From an uncultured Planctomycetota bacterium (GTDB lineage: Bacteria > Planctomycetota > Planctomycetia > Isosphaerales > Isosphaeraceae): a stretch of 64,000 nucleotides of DNA. The notes under the pieces are model-generated. The model searched no databases. It was not told where the DNA came from and saw only the letters and a program-made list of their open reading frames with translations. Of the stretch, positions 52,301 to 63,999 are shown one piece after another. The first letter of the stretch is position 1, and every line of letters starts with the position of its first letter. The stretch is from assembly GCA_963823665.1 (NCBI GenBank), contig CAWGMQ010000004.1:2336001-2400000 (forward strand), in the 5' to 3' direction. The translations under genes and the position numbers were made by a program.

Positions 52301-53182
52301 GTAACCATAATGGCCACCGTCCATAGCCCAGATCACCCGGCAGCCACGGTTACCATCATCGTCGTTGTCGCTGGTGAAGATGTTGCCGAAAGAGTTCAGT
52401 GATGTCTCATAGTTGTTGCGCTGGCGGTCGCAGATGATCTCGAACTGCGTCCCATCTCGATTGACCCGCAACATGTTGGCGAGTTGATCGGTCCAGACAT
52501 GGCGCCCGCTCTTGTCAATCACGTCGAAATTCTGTGGCCGCTCGGAATGATCATGTTGCACCGAGCAGCAGCCGTCACCGTGGGTGAAATAAAGCTTGCC
52601 GTCCAAGCCAAGCACCATGCCGTGCACGCCATGGTCGGAGTCAATGCCCCCAAACCCGGTCAACAGTGGATAGCGTTTGTCGGCCTTGTCGTCGCCGTCG
52701 TTATCTTCGAAGATGAGAAGGTCTGGGCTATTGCCGACGTAGACACGGCAGCCCTTGTAGCTTCCATCTTGGTTGTACTGCTCCTCCACAGCGATGCCCA
52801 TCGGAACAGGGAAGATCCGGTCGGCAAAGACGGTCACCTTATCCGCCTTGCCATCGCCGTCGATGTCTTCGAGGATCTTGATCTTGTCAGCCGTTTCGTC
52901 GCGATGAAACCGCCCGTTGCGTCCCCGACTCAGTCGATAGTTCAACCCCTCGGTAACCCACACCCTGCCGCGAGAATCGACGTCGATATTCGTGGGATTG
53001 GCCAGCATCGGCTCCGATGCCCACAAGGTCGCCTCGAGCCCAGGTGCTGCCTTGAGCCGTCGCGCCGATGCGTCGGGACTGACTTGGCCCAGCAGAGTCT
53101 CGGGCTGCATTCCTATCAGCCAGGCCAGGCCCAGTGCAGCCCAGGCAATGACCGTCCGCTGCCGAAACTTGTGACACGTCAT
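49372..53182 (-). CDS. PVC-type heme-binding CxxCH protein (dehydrogenase-like beta-propeller, HEAT repeats, cytochrome c); one frameshift at ~51070
   Basis: LWASEPMLANP..IDVD.RGRVWV, DGDGKADK, SDNDDDG, FRPVD..DGS.FV.DWYD; second part CAGCH..GPDLS..SLMPEGL..DLLSYL. Confidence 0.88.
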
Positions 53183-53381
53183 CGGCGGTAACTCCAGACA
53201 CGGTTGCACGGGAAATCAAGCCGTGAGCTTCAATCCCGCACTTGTGGCAAATGACTCGATTCGTCGTCAGGAGACGGCACGCAACGGGTTTCCCCATTGT
53301 CTCGCAGTCCCGTGCGAGCGTCCAGTGTCGAAAAAACTGAATGGCGGGCTACGTTCTCGCGTCGATTCTCAGCCACCTGGT

Positions 53382-55160
53382 TCACTCTTCCAAGACTTCC
53401 CAGCGTTCGTAAGCAGCCGCGAGAGCGGCTTCAAGTTCTTCGAGATGAGACTTCGCTTGCGCGATGGCGGCTCGCTCTTGCTTGTAAAAAGCTGGATCGG
53501 CCATCGTCGCGTGCAGCTCGCGAAGCTCTGATTCGAGACTCTCAATCCGTCCTGGGAGTGCTTCCATCTCTTGCTTTTCCTTGAAACTGAGTTTCTTTCG
53601 CCGTCCGGGCATACCAGGATTTTGCACCCGCTCACTGCTTGCACTTGGTTTCTCTTCAATGGCCAATGGCTCGGGACGCTGGCACAAATAGTCGTCATAA
53701 CCGCCGTCGTATTCCCCGATCTGGCCATCTGGCTCAATCGCAAGCGTACTCGTGACCACCTCGTTGAGGAATGCGCGATCGTGGCTCACGAGTAACACCG
53801 TTCCCTGGTATGCGACAAGCAAGGACTCGAGTAGTTCGAGCGTTTCGATGTCGAGGTCGTTGGTCGGCTCGTCAAGCACCAGAAGATTCGACGGTTTGGC
53901 AAAGAGCCGCGCCAGCAGTAGCCGGCTTCGTTCGCCGCCGGAAAGAAACTTCACAAGGCTGCGCGATCGCTCGGGTGCGAACAAGAAATCCTCAAGATAA
54001 CTGATGATGTGACGAGGCTGGCCATTGATCGGGATTGTGTCGTAGTCGCTCAGGTTCTGCTGAACGGTCTTGCTCTCATCCAGAGTTGCTTTCAACTGGT
54101 CGAAGTACGCAACTTCCAGCCGTGTACCGTGCCGGATCGTTCCTGCTTGGGGTGGAAGCTCACCGAGCAGCAACCGGATCAAGGTGGTTTTGCCAGCGGC
54201 ATTCGCGCCGATCACACCTACCTTGTCACCCCGGAGGATCGTCGTCGACAAGTCCTGCACGACCCTGTGATCACCATATCCGAAACTCACGCTCCTGGCT
54301 TCGATGACCAGAGCGCCTGACCGTTCTGCTTCCTGCGCCTGGATTCGTGCAACTCCTTGCCGCTCGCGTCGTCGCCGTCGTTCGACTCGCATGGCCTCAA
54401 GCGCTCGCACTCGGCCTTCGTTGCGAGTTCGACGTGCTTCGATTCCCTTGCGGATCCAGACCTCTTCCTGAGCCAGCTTCTTGTCGAACAGCTCCTGCTG
54501 CTTTGCCTCGGCCGAGAAGAGCTCGTCGCGACGCTTCAGAAAAGTCGCGTAATTACAGGCCCAGTCATACAATCGCCCACGATCGAGCTCGACAATTCGC
54601 GTTGCCAGTTTCTCGAGAAAGACACGATCATGGGTCACGAAGACGATCGTTCCGGCGGAACGTAGCAGGAACGCTTCGAGCCAGCGGATCGATTCGATAT
54701 CAAGATGATTGGTCGGCTCATCCAGTAGCAGAATGTCAGGTTCGACGACCAGCGCTCTGGCAAGCAACACGCGCCGTTTCATTCCCGAGGAAAGGTTCTC
54801 AAAACGTCTGTCCGGGTCCAGACTCAGTCGAGAAACAACAGCCTGCACTCGATGGTCTGAATCGACTGCCTGGTAGCCCTGCTCCCGTAACCCTTCGGCT
54901 ACCTGCTCGGCAACCGTACCGGCTCGATCTCGTGGAACCTCCTGAGGCAATAGCGAAACAATCAAACCCTGCTGGCGAATGACATCGCCCTCATCGGGTT
55001 CAAGCTCGCCTTTGATCAAACGCAAGAGCGTACTCTTGCCCTCACCGTTTCGACCCATCAGGCAAAGTCGCTCACCACGCTCGATCTGTAATGATGCCTG
55101 ATCGAACAGCCGCGGTCCCCCAAAGGCCAGGCTGACTTTTCGTAGACTGAAGAGCGCCAT
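53382..55160 (-). CDS. uup: ABC-F family ATPase Uup
   Basis: Two ABC domains (GRNGEGKST, LSSG, DEPTNHLD; GANAAGKTT, LSGGE, DEPTNDLD), ARRTRNEGRVRAL linker, KKLSFKE C-terminal domain. Confidence 0.9.
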   Translation of the reverse strand: MALFSLRKVSLAFGGPRLFDQASLQIERGERLCLMGRNGEGKSTLLRLIKGELEPDEGDVIRQQGLIVSLLPQEVPRDRAGTVAEQVAEGLREQGYQAVDSDHRVQAVVSRLSLDPDRRFENLSSGMKRRVLLARALVVEPDILLLDEPTNHLDIESIRWLEAFLLRSAGTIVFVTHDRVFLEKLATRIVELDRGRLYDWACNYATFLKRRDELFSAEAKQQELFDKKLAQEEVWIRKGIEARRTRNEGRVRALEAMRVERRRRRERQGVARIQAQEAERSGALVIEARSVSFGYGDHRVVQDLSTTILRGDKVGVIGANAAGKTTLIRLLLGELPPQAGTIRHGTRLEVAYFDQLKATLDESKTVQQNLSDYDTIPINGQPRHIISYLEDFLFAPERSRSLVKFLSGGERSRLLLARLFAKPSNLLVLDEPTNDLDIETLELLESLLVAYQGTVLLVSHDRAFLNEVVTSTLAIEPDGQIGEYDGGYDDYLCQRPEPLAIEEKPSASSERVQNPGMPGRRKKLSFKEKQEMEALPGRIESLESELRELHATMADPAFYKQERAAIAQAKSHLEELEAALAAAYERWEVLEE

Positions 55161-55208
55161 ACATTCACTCGTGGCGGTATTCCGCGTGACACGCGCATCC
55201 GCCAGTAA

Positions 55209-56276
55209 TTACATTTCTTCGCCGTAGACTTGCTTTAGCTTGGCGCCTCGGTGCTCACCGTGAATCACTCGAATGGTGCCTGATCGGGCACGCATCACGA
55301 TTGACTCGGTGGTTGCGTAATCGGCCGAGAAGCGGACACCCTGTACCAGCACGCCGTCGGTTACCCCGGTGGCGGCGAAGAATACGTCGTCTCCCTTGAC
55401 AAGATCGTCTGTACTCAGCACCCGACCAAGGTCATAACCGGCGGCAATGGCGGCATCGCGCTCCTGATCGTTTCGAGGGTGTAGCCGGCCCTGAATCACT
55501 CCACCGAGACACTTGAGCGCGGCTGCCGAAACAACTCCTTCGGGCGTCCCGCCGATTCCGTAAAGCAGATCGACTCCGGTACCTCGCCGTGCTGCGGAGA
55601 TCGCCCCGGCGACGTCACCGTCAGTGATCAAGTAAACGCGAGCTCCCAACTTACGCACTCGCTCCACAATTTCATCATGACGTGGGCGATCGAGGATCAT
55701 CATTGTCACTTCGCTCACGAGCATTCGTTTAATTCGTGCGATCTGCTTGATATTGGTCTCGACCGGCGCCGTGATATCAATGGCCGGTGCCGATTCTCTC
55801 CCAGTCGCGATTTTTTCCATGTAGACGCACGGACCGGGGTTGTACATTGCGCCCCGCTCGGCGACAGCGACGACCGAGAGAGCATTGGCCTCACCTCTCG
55901 AAACCAGGCGAGTGCCATCGATGGGGTCAACGGCGACATCGACTGCCGGCTCATCGCCGGTTCCGATCGACTCGCCGTTATATAGCATGGGTGCCTGGTC
56001 TTTTTCGCCTTCCCCGATAACGACCACCCCGTCCATGTGCACCATGTTGAAGAACAACCGCATTGCGTCAACCGCCGCTTGGTCGGCGGCGTTCTTGTCT
56101 CCCCGCCCAACCCAGCGCGCGGCCGCAAGCGCCGCAGCCTCGGTACATCGCACCAGGTCAAGCGACAAGTTGTAATCCGGCATCGGATCAATTCGCCGCC
56201 CTGCGGACCGCTCTGCTCTACTCTGCCCGAACACCGTCCCCCCAACCGGGTTCCTTTCACCCGAATCAATCGACAT
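55209..56276 (-). CDS. glpX: Fructose-1,6-bisphosphatase class II
   Basis: TEAAA, GEGEKD.APML, DPIDGT, YMEK, LDRPRH, DGDV, GGTPEG, ATGVTDG. The start could instead be 56183. Confidence 0.95.
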   Translation of the reverse strand: MSIDSGERNPVGGTVFGQSRAERSAGRRIDPMPDYNLSLDLVRCTEAAALAAARWVGRGDKNAADQAAVDAMRLFFNMVHMDGVVVIGEGEKDQAPMLYNGESIGTGDEPAVDVAVDPIDGTRLVSRGEANALSVVAVAERGAMYNPGPCVYMEKIATGRESAPAIDITAPVETNIKQIARIKRMLVSEVTMMILDRPRHDEIVERVRKLGARVYLITDGDVAGAISAARRGTGVDLLYGIGGTPEGVVSAAALKCLGGVIQGRLHPRNDQERDAAIAAGYDLGRVLSTDDLVKGDDVFFAATGVTDGVLVQGVRFSADYATTESIVMRARSGTIRVIHGEHRGAKLKQVYGEEM

Positions 56277-56345
56277 AGATGGTCCCTGCATTTCGTAGTT
56301 ATTTGTTCGCTTGAAGTGCACCAAACCCGGCATCGTGGTTTTCGC

Positions 56346-57092
56346 TCAGGGCAGCTCCCTGACCCGTAACTGCCGAAATTCAACCGGTGCTCCTTCTGAC
56401 TCCAGACAAAGATAACCCGCCCGCGGCTCGCAGCCGGTTCCTCCGGAAACTTCCTCTCCGTTGACCCACAGGCGAACCTCGCCGTTTACGCACCGCACGT
56501 AGTAGTGATTCCACTGGCCGACGCCCTTGCTCATGTGCTTCGAGGGGAAACTGCGGTTACCGTCCGGTGAGACCGGTGGGAACGGCGTCATCCTGGATGT
56601 CCCGACCGGGAAGACATCGCCGTCGGTGGTGAACCAGTCCGCCTTCTTGCCAGTCTGTTTCTCATATTGGTCTTTATAACCGTGATCGAGCACTTGAACT
56701 TCAATGCCGCCGCGCGGCAGCGTACCGGGTTTGAGCCCCTCGAGCGAGGCTTCTGCGGCCCAGACGAATATTCCTGAGTTTCCGCCCGGCTGGAGATGCC
56801 GCCACTGCGCCACCAGCTCGAAGTTGGTGAGCATCTTTCGAGTGCGTGTCACGCCCACTGGCCGGCCGGTGCAGTGCACTTCGCCATCTTTCCAGCTCCA
56901 GGTTTCGGGCGCACAGTTCACGCTAACGAAATCTTCCTCGCCCAGCGACCGCCAGCCAGGTCCCGTTCCGTCCAGGTACGCTCTGGGAAGCGACTGTGCC
57001 GGTTCATCCGCCAGCGCAAGCGCGACCAGCGCAAAGATCGCGGATAGCCAACCAAGTCTGCCTAAACCACGGCGGACCGAAATGGTGTTCAT
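56346..57092 (-). CDS. DUF1080 (3-keto-disaccharide hydrolase-like) secreted protein
   Basis: NFEL..QW, GNSGIF, EVQVLD, WNHY, VNG, GYLCLESEG; GAGGAG RBS. Confidence 0.9.
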   Translation of the reverse strand: MNTISVRRGLGRLGWLSAIFALVALALADEPAQSLPRAYLDGTGPGWRSLGEEDFVSVNCAPETWSWKDGEVHCTGRPVGVTRTRKMLTNFELVAQWRHLQPGGNSGIFVWAAEASLEGLKPGTLPRGGIEVQVLDHGYKDQYEKQTGKKADWFTTDGDVFPVGTSRMTPFPPVSPDGNRSFPSKHMSKGVGQWNHYYVRCVNGEVRLWVNGEEVSGGTGCEPRAGYLCLESEGAPVEFRQLRVRELP

Positions 57093-57347
57093 CTCGGTTT
57101 TTCTCCTCTGGTTGCACCGGGGATATTTCAGCCTGCCATCATGACGTTTGGCAAACGCTGGGACAAGGCAGCCGATGGCAACCGTACTAACCGCCGGCTG
57201 AATTCGGGCCGTCAATCTTCGAAGGTTTGTTATGATAGATAGCGCGAGCATTGAGTCGAGAGCCTGATGCCCGCTCGGCAAGTACCGAGATCATCTGGCA
57301 TGGCTTGCGCACTAAACCTTCTTGGTAAACGGATGGATGGTGAGGTC

Positions 57348-58576
57348 ATGAAAGAAGGTACGATTTCGTCATCGGCGAAAACACTCTCCGCCCATGTTAT
57401 GACCGCGCTCATCACGCTGACGCTCGTGTTTGTCATATCCGGTGGTCGCCTATCCGGTCGGCTCTTGCCTGTGCAGACGCCAGAGCCCAGGCGTGAGGGC
57501 AACGCGCCTCCTCCTCCAAGGCCTGCCTTGCAAGAGGCACTGACAACAGCCGCGCGCGCGCGGCCAATTCGCAGACTCCCCTGCCCCCTGAAGATGTACT
57601 CAAGGAGCTCGATCCGGACGAGCAGAACAATGTGCGAGTCTATGCCGCGGCGAACAAGGGCGTGGTGAATATCACCACCGAGGCAGATGGCCTGGGCTTC
57701 TTCGGCGACGAATCGTCCACTGGAACCGGCTCGGGATTCGTGCTCGACAAGCAAGGCCATATCCTCACGAACTATCACGTGGTGCAGCAGGCCAATTCGG
57801 TGCGTGTCAGGCTCTTTGACGGGACACCTTACGACGCCAAGGTTATCGGAGCCGACGCCTCCACAGACGTCGCGGTGCTCGTGATCCAGGTGGCGCCTGA
57901 GAAGCTATTTCCTCTCACCCTTGGTGATTCTTCCAAAGTCCTGGTCGGTCAAAAGATCCTGGCGCTGGGAAATCCGTTCGGCCTGGAACGCACTCTGACT
58001 GCGGGTATCATCAGCAGCCTCGATCGCTCGCTGAAGGCCAAGAACGGACGGATGATCAAGGGTATCATCCAGACCGACGCAGCGATCAATCCTGGTAATT
58101 CGGGTGGTCCACTTCTGAATTCCAAGGGACAAGTTATCGGCCTGAATACCGCGATTGTAAGTCAGGTCGGGCAGTCTGCCGGAATCAGCTTCGCTGTGCC
58201 GATCAACTCGATCGCCCGAATCCTCGACCAGTTGATCGTGAATGGCAGAGTGATCCGGGCTGACCTGGGGATCACGCGAGTTTATGCCACTGGAAACGGG
58301 CTTCTCGTCCTGGATCTAGTCGAGGGAGGTCCTGCCGACCAGGCGGGAATTCAACCAATCCGTGTGCGGGTTGAACGAATCGCCCCTGGTATCGTTCGCC
58401 AGTCACTCGACCGCGAGTCTGCTGATCTCGTCGTCGCCGTCGAACACAAACGCGTGCATACCGTCGAAGAGCTTCTGAACGAAGTGGAAAAGCACCATCC
58501 CGGCGATACGGTCCGCGTCACCGTTGTACGCGATGGCAAACCGCTTGATATCCCTGTCCGGCTTGGGCGATCCTGA
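57348..58576 (+). CDS. HtrA/DegP-like S1C serine protease with PDZ domain; frameshift, most simply at the (CG)6 tract 57551-57562
   Basis: N-terminal TM in one frame; GSGF, TNYHV, DVAVL, QTDAAINPGNSGGPL and PDZ in the other. Removing one CG joins them. Confidence 0.9.
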
Positions 58577-58606
58577 TGCGCATCTTTCGATGCGGCATGC
58601 AGATGA

Positions 58607-60646
58607 TCATACGTGTCGTACCAAGAATTCCTCAGGTCGATGGTGCTTGACGGTGAGTTTGATCACTGCGCCACGCGAGCTAGCGCGTGCATTTGTTTGA
58701 GCATTCGAAACGATGCCAAAAAATGTGGTCCTGGTCGAAGTGATCGCCGCTTGACTGACCACCTTGATCGAATAGCCGAGTCCGACCCGATTCAACGTCA
58801 AGCCGCCAAACGCCGCCACTCCGTTCTGTGCCTGTAGAGTGAGAATGCCACCGAGCCGGCCACCGCCGGGCCCGCTCGCTCGCGATAATTTCACACTACC
58901 CGAATACGAATTCTCTAAGTTGCCAAATTGGTCTACGACGGCCACGCTTACCCCAAATGGCTGGTTTACGCCGATTCGCGCTGTTGGCTCGGAGAGGATG
59001 GCCAGCCGATTCGCGGCCGCCGGTGTTACCATAACGGGGTTTGTGATCGCGACGCTTTGGGCATAGGCTGCCTGGAGCGTATATCCCCTGCCCGCAACCT
59101 TGAGCGTGAGTCCAGCGAAGTTCGCTATTCCGTTCTGCGCCATGACGGTGAGCGTTCCACTCAGTGCGTCTCCCGTAGGATTATTTCCGAGCGATACCGT
59201 GATGCTTCCACTCCAGCCCTGCTCAATCATGCCGGCTGCGTTTTCGAACGCGACTGAAAAACCGAGGCCAGAACCGGCCTTCACAATTGCCGGCGGTTCA
59301 GTCGACACAACGAGTTTGTTCGTGGAGCCATAGGTTCCCAGGTCGTTCACCAAGACGTTCGCCTCTGGCGAACCCAATCCCGTCACTTCGTCATAGCCCA
59401 GCGCGGCACTGAAGCCGCCGTTACTGCCACTTGTGATGTCATGGTAGTCAGCAGTTGAGATCGAGTAAATTGCCGGCAATGTCTGACTCTCGCCGTTTAA
59501 CGTCGTGTTCCCCACGGCGGCTCGTTCCTGATTGGCTATCGCGATCAAGCTTGCCCAGATAGGTGCGGAAAAACTTGTGCCCCCTACCTGCTCCCATGGA
59601 GTCTCGCTGGTGTTGTTATAGGAGTCGAAGACTGCGACGCCTGTATCGGGATTAGCGTCGGAAGAAACGTCCGGAATGCTCCTGCGCAACGTGCCTGTGA
59701 TTGCAGCCTGGTAGTCCGGCTTCGTTTCAAACGCGCTGATACCACCACCGCTATCTGACCAAGCCGTCTCGCTGCCGTAAAATCCGTTTGCGCTCAGATA
59801 GAGGCTCGTTCCTCCGACGGCGAGCACATTCGGTGAATAAGCAGGATATTCACCGGGCGAACCCTGGTCTCCCGTGGAGGCCACAAACGTGACACCCTCG
59901 TGCCCGACCGGTGTTGTAAAATCAGTGTCGTAAGAAGTCTCGCCGCTGAATTCACTCGACCCCCAACTCATTGAGACAACCGACACGCCGGAAAGCCTCG
60001 CGGCGGTCATGACTCCCTGAAACATGTCAACGCTGCTGGCTGAGGCGCATTCGATAAGCACGATATTTGCTCCGGGCGCGAGTGCGTGGACCCATTCAAC
60101 GTCGAGGGCTTCCTCAACTTCCCAGTTCCCTTGCGGATTCCCGGCCCCAGCCGGGTCAGGACCAGGCAGATTGGTCATGCTTCCGTATTCGTTGATCTTG
60201 AAGAAACTGGGTGGGTTCTGTAACCCAAACATCTGATCAAACTTAGCCAGGTCACTGCCGAGAAAGCCGGGTCGTGTACTGTCCAGGAGTGCCGGATCGT
60301 CATAGGCGTCGACGACGGCGATCGTCTGGCCTGTACCATTGCCGATGCTGTTCAACCCGTACGCCTGAATCATCTGTGCCGGCGTGTAACCTGAAGGGTC
60401 GTTTGATCCCCAGCCCGCCGACGATATTGCTGACTTCACTGTACCGAGCGCGGTCAGGTCTGGGCCGTGGGATTGAACTCGCTCAAACGCTGGCTGCATG
60501 AGCACCGGCAAGTCAGCGCCGATGCTCGCTGTTGCCATCGAAAGCTCTGTCGGGACCACTCGAGCCTCCATGCTCTCCAGTGCATGACGCACAGAATGGC
60601 GATGTCGTGGCCGTTGCGCGTGGACGGAGCACCCAAACATTTTCAT
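58607..60646 (-). CDS. S53 (sedolisin/kumamolisin-like) peptidase with C-terminal Ig-like repeats
   Basis: EEALDVE, SMSWG, STGD, PDVS, GGTS, GYD.VTGLGSP; LESMEARVVP planctomycete signal motif. Confidence 0.9.
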   Translation of the reverse strand: MKMFGCSVHAQRPRHRHSVRHALESMEARVVPTELSMATASIGADLPVLMQPAFERVQSHGPDLTALGTVKSAISSAGWGSNDPSGYTPAQMIQAYGLNSIGNGTGQTIAVVDAYDDPALLDSTRPGFLGSDLAKFDQMFGLQNPPSFFKINEYGSMTNLPGPDPAGAGNPQGNWEVEEALDVEWVHALAPGANIVLIECASASSVDMFQGVMTAARLSGVSVVSMSWGSSEFSGETSYDTDFTTPVGHEGVTFVASTGDQGSPGEYPAYSPNVLAVGGTSLYLSANGFYGSETAWSDSGGGISAFETKPDYQAAITGTLRRSIPDVSSDANPDTGVAVFDSYNNTSETPWEQVGGTSFSAPIWASLIAIANQERAAVGNTTLNGESQTLPAIYSISTADYHDITSGSNGGFSAALGYDEVTGLGSPEANVLVNDLGTYGSTNKLVVSTEPPAIVKAGSGLGFSVAFENAAGMIEQGWSGSITVSLGNNPTGDALSGTLTVMAQNGIANFAGLTLKVAGRGYTLQAAYAQSVAITNPVMVTPAAANRLAILSEPTARIGVNQPFGVSVAVVDQFGNLENSYSGSVKLSRASGPGGGRLGGILTLQAQNGVAAFGGLTLNRVGLGYSIKVVSQAAITSTRTTFFGIVSNAQTNARASSRGAVIKLTVKHHRPEEFLVRHV

Positions 60647-60946
60647 CGACTCGCAGCAGTGCCATCCGGTCTAACGACGAGCGGTTCACATCGAATACCG
60701 GCGCCAGGAGGCTCTAATCAGCTCGCTCTCTGTCATGCGTCCTTGAGAAATGTAGGCTGCAACTCGGAGTTGAATCTCACGGACCTCCGTCATGTTGATG
60801 ATTTCCGTCGGTTCCCACCTGGCCAAGCCCACCGCCATGCCGTGATTGACCGCATCAGCGTACGTTTGCACAATAGGCGAACTGATGAAACAGGAAGCCC
60901 TCGTGCCGATAACACACCGAAGTCAGAGCGTCAGGGTTACATCGAT

Positions 60947-61333
60947 ATGGATTTGTGGTATCAGGTCGCTGCGCTGTCGGTGGGCGGAGTTCTGGGTGTC
61001 AATGCCCGATACTGGCTGGGCGGCTTGATCAATCGCTGGGCAGGCTCGCAGTTCCCATGGGCAACGTTCACCATCAATATCACCGGTTCATTCGCAATCG
61101 GGCTTTGTACCGTTTTTCTGGCACGCTGGGCTCCGCATGCCCACGCGCGGCTAGTTGTCGTGGTCGGCTTCCTAGGGGGCTACACAACGTTCTCATCCTA
61201 TTCATTTGAATCGCTTGCACTCTGGGAACGGGGCGAGCGCATGCTCTGCCTGGTCTACATGTTTGGAAGCGTTGCCGGGGGTTTTGCGGGTGTTGTTCTC
61301 GGAACCGCACTTGGCCGGGGACTCGCGAAATGA
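60947..61333 (+). CDS. crcB: Fluoride efflux channel CrcB/Fluc
   Basis: GGVLG..ARY, FPWATF.IN..GSF.IG, GFLGGYTTFSS. Confidence 0.95.
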   Translation: MDLWYQVAALSVGGVLGVNARYWLGGLINRWAGSQFPWATFTINITGSFAIGLCTVFLARWAPHAHARLVVVVGFLGGYTTFSSYSFESLALWERGERMLCLVYMFGSVAGGFAGVVLGTALGRGLAK

Positions 61334-61500
61334 CACCCGACAGTGTCCATCTCCTTCGGAATTGGTTCTCGTCCAGGATGCCGAGTTTCTCCACTACTGA
61401 CATCATGACGAGAAATGATGCAGCTTCGGCTCGGTCACTGCGCGTTGACACAAGGACGGAACTGGCGATTGCTGCAATCGCACACAACCAAAGCGCGACA

Positions 61501-63999
61501 TCATTCCTTCGGCGTTTCTACTCGCAGGGCCCTGGGCTTGTGGCAGCGTGTTCTTGCGTGTGATCGCGTCGCGGCTAGGTGAGGACCTCGATGCAGCAGC
61601 CTGGCAGGTTTTTTACTCGAAGAAGCGAGCATCGGGTTACATTCTCTCCACCATCTGAGTACTGGCCGCCGCAACTTGCATGCTGCTGCGCCGACCAAGA
61701 TTGCACAGGTCACGGCGCCAAGATCGACCTGCGCAGTAGCTCTCTCTCGTGTTCTCTTTTTTACCGGATTTTCAATGCCTGGGCTCAAGGCACGCCCACT
61801 GTGAACGAGATTGTCAACGGATTGCGTGCCACTTGCATCGGGCTGATCGTTAGCCCCCTTCGCGCTTGTCCCGAGCCAGCCCTGGACACGGGCGCCCAGC
61901 CGGAACAGCCACTCTACCTGGCTGAGCACTCGTTCATCAGCGGCTGAGCGATCGGTTTCTGGCCCGGAATGAGTCTGACTGGCAGCCGATGTCGCAGCGA
62001 GCATTGGCCCTTTGACGATAGCCTGTGCGGCCACCTGACCGGGGTTTACCGGTGGCTGCTGATCTTCGAGCCAAGTGTTCAGGTCGAGCGTGGTTTCGTA
62101 ACTAATACTGGGATCGAGGCTGTTGGCGCTGTTCGCCAGCGCCGTGGATCCGCCATCGACAATGGGACCAATGGCAGGAAGGCTCTGGCTCGAGAGTACC
62201 GGCTGTCCGATCAAGCCCGTGTTGAGTGTCACCATCAAGGTACTTGGAATCGGGCCCATCGATCCTGCGAAGTTGCTCGCGGAGACCGAGGTGGAAAATG
62301 CTGCATTCGTGCCGGCACTGTTCGCAGAATTACTGCCGCCACTGGCTCCTGCACCATCAAGGGCCGTCGAGAACAAGCTCAGCGAGAGCGCAGAGGTTTG
62401 ACTGACGCCGTTATTCAAGACCTTTTCCCAGTCAAGGGCTTCGATTGTGAACAACCAGTTGAACAACGCTGTTTGAGAGCCCGCGTTGATAAATCGAAGT
62501 GAGTACGTTCCATCATCTAATCGGAGCAGATCGCTGTTCAGTGCCTGATCAGTGCTCGCATACAGAATCGTTGTCGAGTTGTTTTCCGTGATCTCGACAG
62601 CTATATCTCCGGCTGTGATCTCGGTCTGGAGCTTGTGATAGCCGGGTACGATCACGTCAAAGCTGAAAACGATTGATTGACCGGCGGCGAGATCGGTTGT
62701 TTCCTGGAATGAACCCATTCCGGTTGACCCGGTCTGGTTCGACGACAAAGGCCAGAGTACGCCCAAGTTGTTCGGGGCTGGAGGCTGTGCCGACGGCGAG
62801 ACATTCCAGCTCGCCAGAACGCTCGAGGAGCCATTGGTCGGCAGGACCGGTTGCTCCGCAAGGTCGACCAGGCCGTGCGTAGCTGGGGAAACCAGCGTGT
62901 AGCTGCCCGGTGGCAGAGGACGGTCGAAAATGAGCTTGAGAGAGGCATCGCTCACCTCGTAGCTCTCGGCAGTCAACGGCCAAGTCTGCCCCCGTGAATC
63001 CACTAGCTCGAGGGCCGATTCTTGAATGTCGGGCACGAACAGGTTGCTGAGGTCGATCGGACCGGAAAATGTAAGTGTGATTCCGGTCGGGCTGTCTTGA
63101 CCGGAGGCCGAATAATCCAACGTGGAACTCAAGAGGCGCGTCGTCTGCGTATGAGGTGATTCGACGAGGTTGAGCGCAAAGAGCCCGCCGGACTGCGTGA
63201 TGCCGTTCAAGCCAGGAGTTCCCAGCACCGGGTCGTAACCTCCGGGACTGTATGGCACGTCGCTCGCACCGGAGATTCCTACGTAATAGGTGCCGGGCTC
63301 GAGTCCGGCGAAAAGATAGGGATCGTTTGGATTGGCAGGAATGCCCGTGCCGGAATTGCGGCTGGCAATCAGCGTGCCGTCCGCTTCAAAGAGCGAAAGG
63401 TCCGTGAGCAAGCTGCTGCCAATGCTGTTTGCTGAAATCGCGAGACCAACCTGCCAGAGATTGCCCGCGGGAAGCGTGAATTTATACAAGTCCACGGCCG
63501 CGGTAGAGTTGCTCGGGTCAATCCAACCCCATGTTGTCTGGCCCGGAATGAGTGAGCTGTCTAAAGGGCTGATCGTGGCCCCTTGACCTAAAATGGTGAA
63601 CGTTCCGATCGGCTGATCTTGATTCGGATCCCAGAGCAGCGGCCCCGGCCCATACGCACCGCTGGCCGCGTAGGAGATGCTCGTGCCTCCAACCAGATCG
63701 ATCTCGTACTGACCGGCGGGAAGGGTTACATTATCATATTCGTAATCACCGTAGTTAAACTTCTGCATCGGAACGATCAATTCAGTGCCTGTGGCGTCGG
63801 AGAGCTCAGGCGGAGCGTCGCCGAGATCCCAGAGCGGAATTTTTGTACCGTCACTGTTCAGCTCCTCGATCTGAACGTCGAAACTTCCCATCAAAACCGG
63901 CACGTTCACGTTGTTGAATGTGATAACCAGCTCCTGAGGTGACTGAGTCAAGCGCTCGCCGTTAAATGGCTGCAGTGAGGCAATCGGAGACAGACCTTC
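61501..63999 (-). CDS. Large extracellular protein with pre-peptidase C-terminal (PPC)-like and Ig-like domains (5' end outside window)
   Basis: Frame open to the window end; VDLYKF..L.LF..DG..IA..DPYL...L.PGTYYVGISG PPC-like motif; S/T/G-rich region; C-terminal hydrophobic segment and basic tail. Confidence 0.7.
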   Translation of the reverse strand, partial: EGLSPIASLQPFNGERLTQSPQELVITFNNVNVPVLMGSFDVQIEELNSDGTKIPLWDLGDAPPELSDATGTELIVPMQKFNYGDYEYDNVTLPAGQYEIDLVGGTSISYAASGAYGPGPLLWDPNQDQPIGTFTILGQGATISPLDSSLIPGQTTWGWIDPSNSTAAVDLYKFTLPAGNLWQVGLAISANSIGSSLLTDLSLFEADGTLIASRNSGTGIPANPNDPYLFAGLEPGTYYVGISGASDVPYSPGGYDPVLGTPGLNGITQSGGLFALNLVESPHTQTTRLLSSTLDYSASGQDSPTGITLTFSGPIDLSNLFVPDIQESALELVDSRGQTWPLTAESYEVSDASLKLIFDRPLPPGSYTLVSPATHGLVDLAEQPVLPTNGSSSVLASWNVSPSAQPPAPNNLGVLWPLSSNQTGSTGMGSFQETTDLAAGQSIVFSFDVIVPGYHKLQTEITAGDIAVEITENNSTTILYASTDQALNSDLLRLDDGTYSLRFINAGSQTALFNWLFTIEALDWEKVLNNGVSQTSALSLSLFSTALDGAGASGGSNSANSAGTNAAFSTSVSASNFAGSMGPIPSTLMVTLNTGLIGQPVLSSQSLPAIGPIVDGGSTALANSANSLDPSISYETTLDLNTWLEDQQPPVNPGQVAAQAIVKGPMLAATSAASQTHSGPETDRSAADERVLSQVEWLFRLGARVQGWLGTSAKGANDQPDASGTQSVDNLVHSGRALSPGIENPVKKRTRERATAQVDLGAVTCAILVGAAACKLRRPVLRWWRECNPMLASSSKKPARLLHRGPHLAATRSHARTRCHKPRALRVETPKE

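Noticed and set aside
60700..60946. Fluoride riboswitch upstream of crcB
   Set aside because: Only a vague TGATGA-like segment; the conserved GATGG(A/T)GTTC-CC 5' element was not found.
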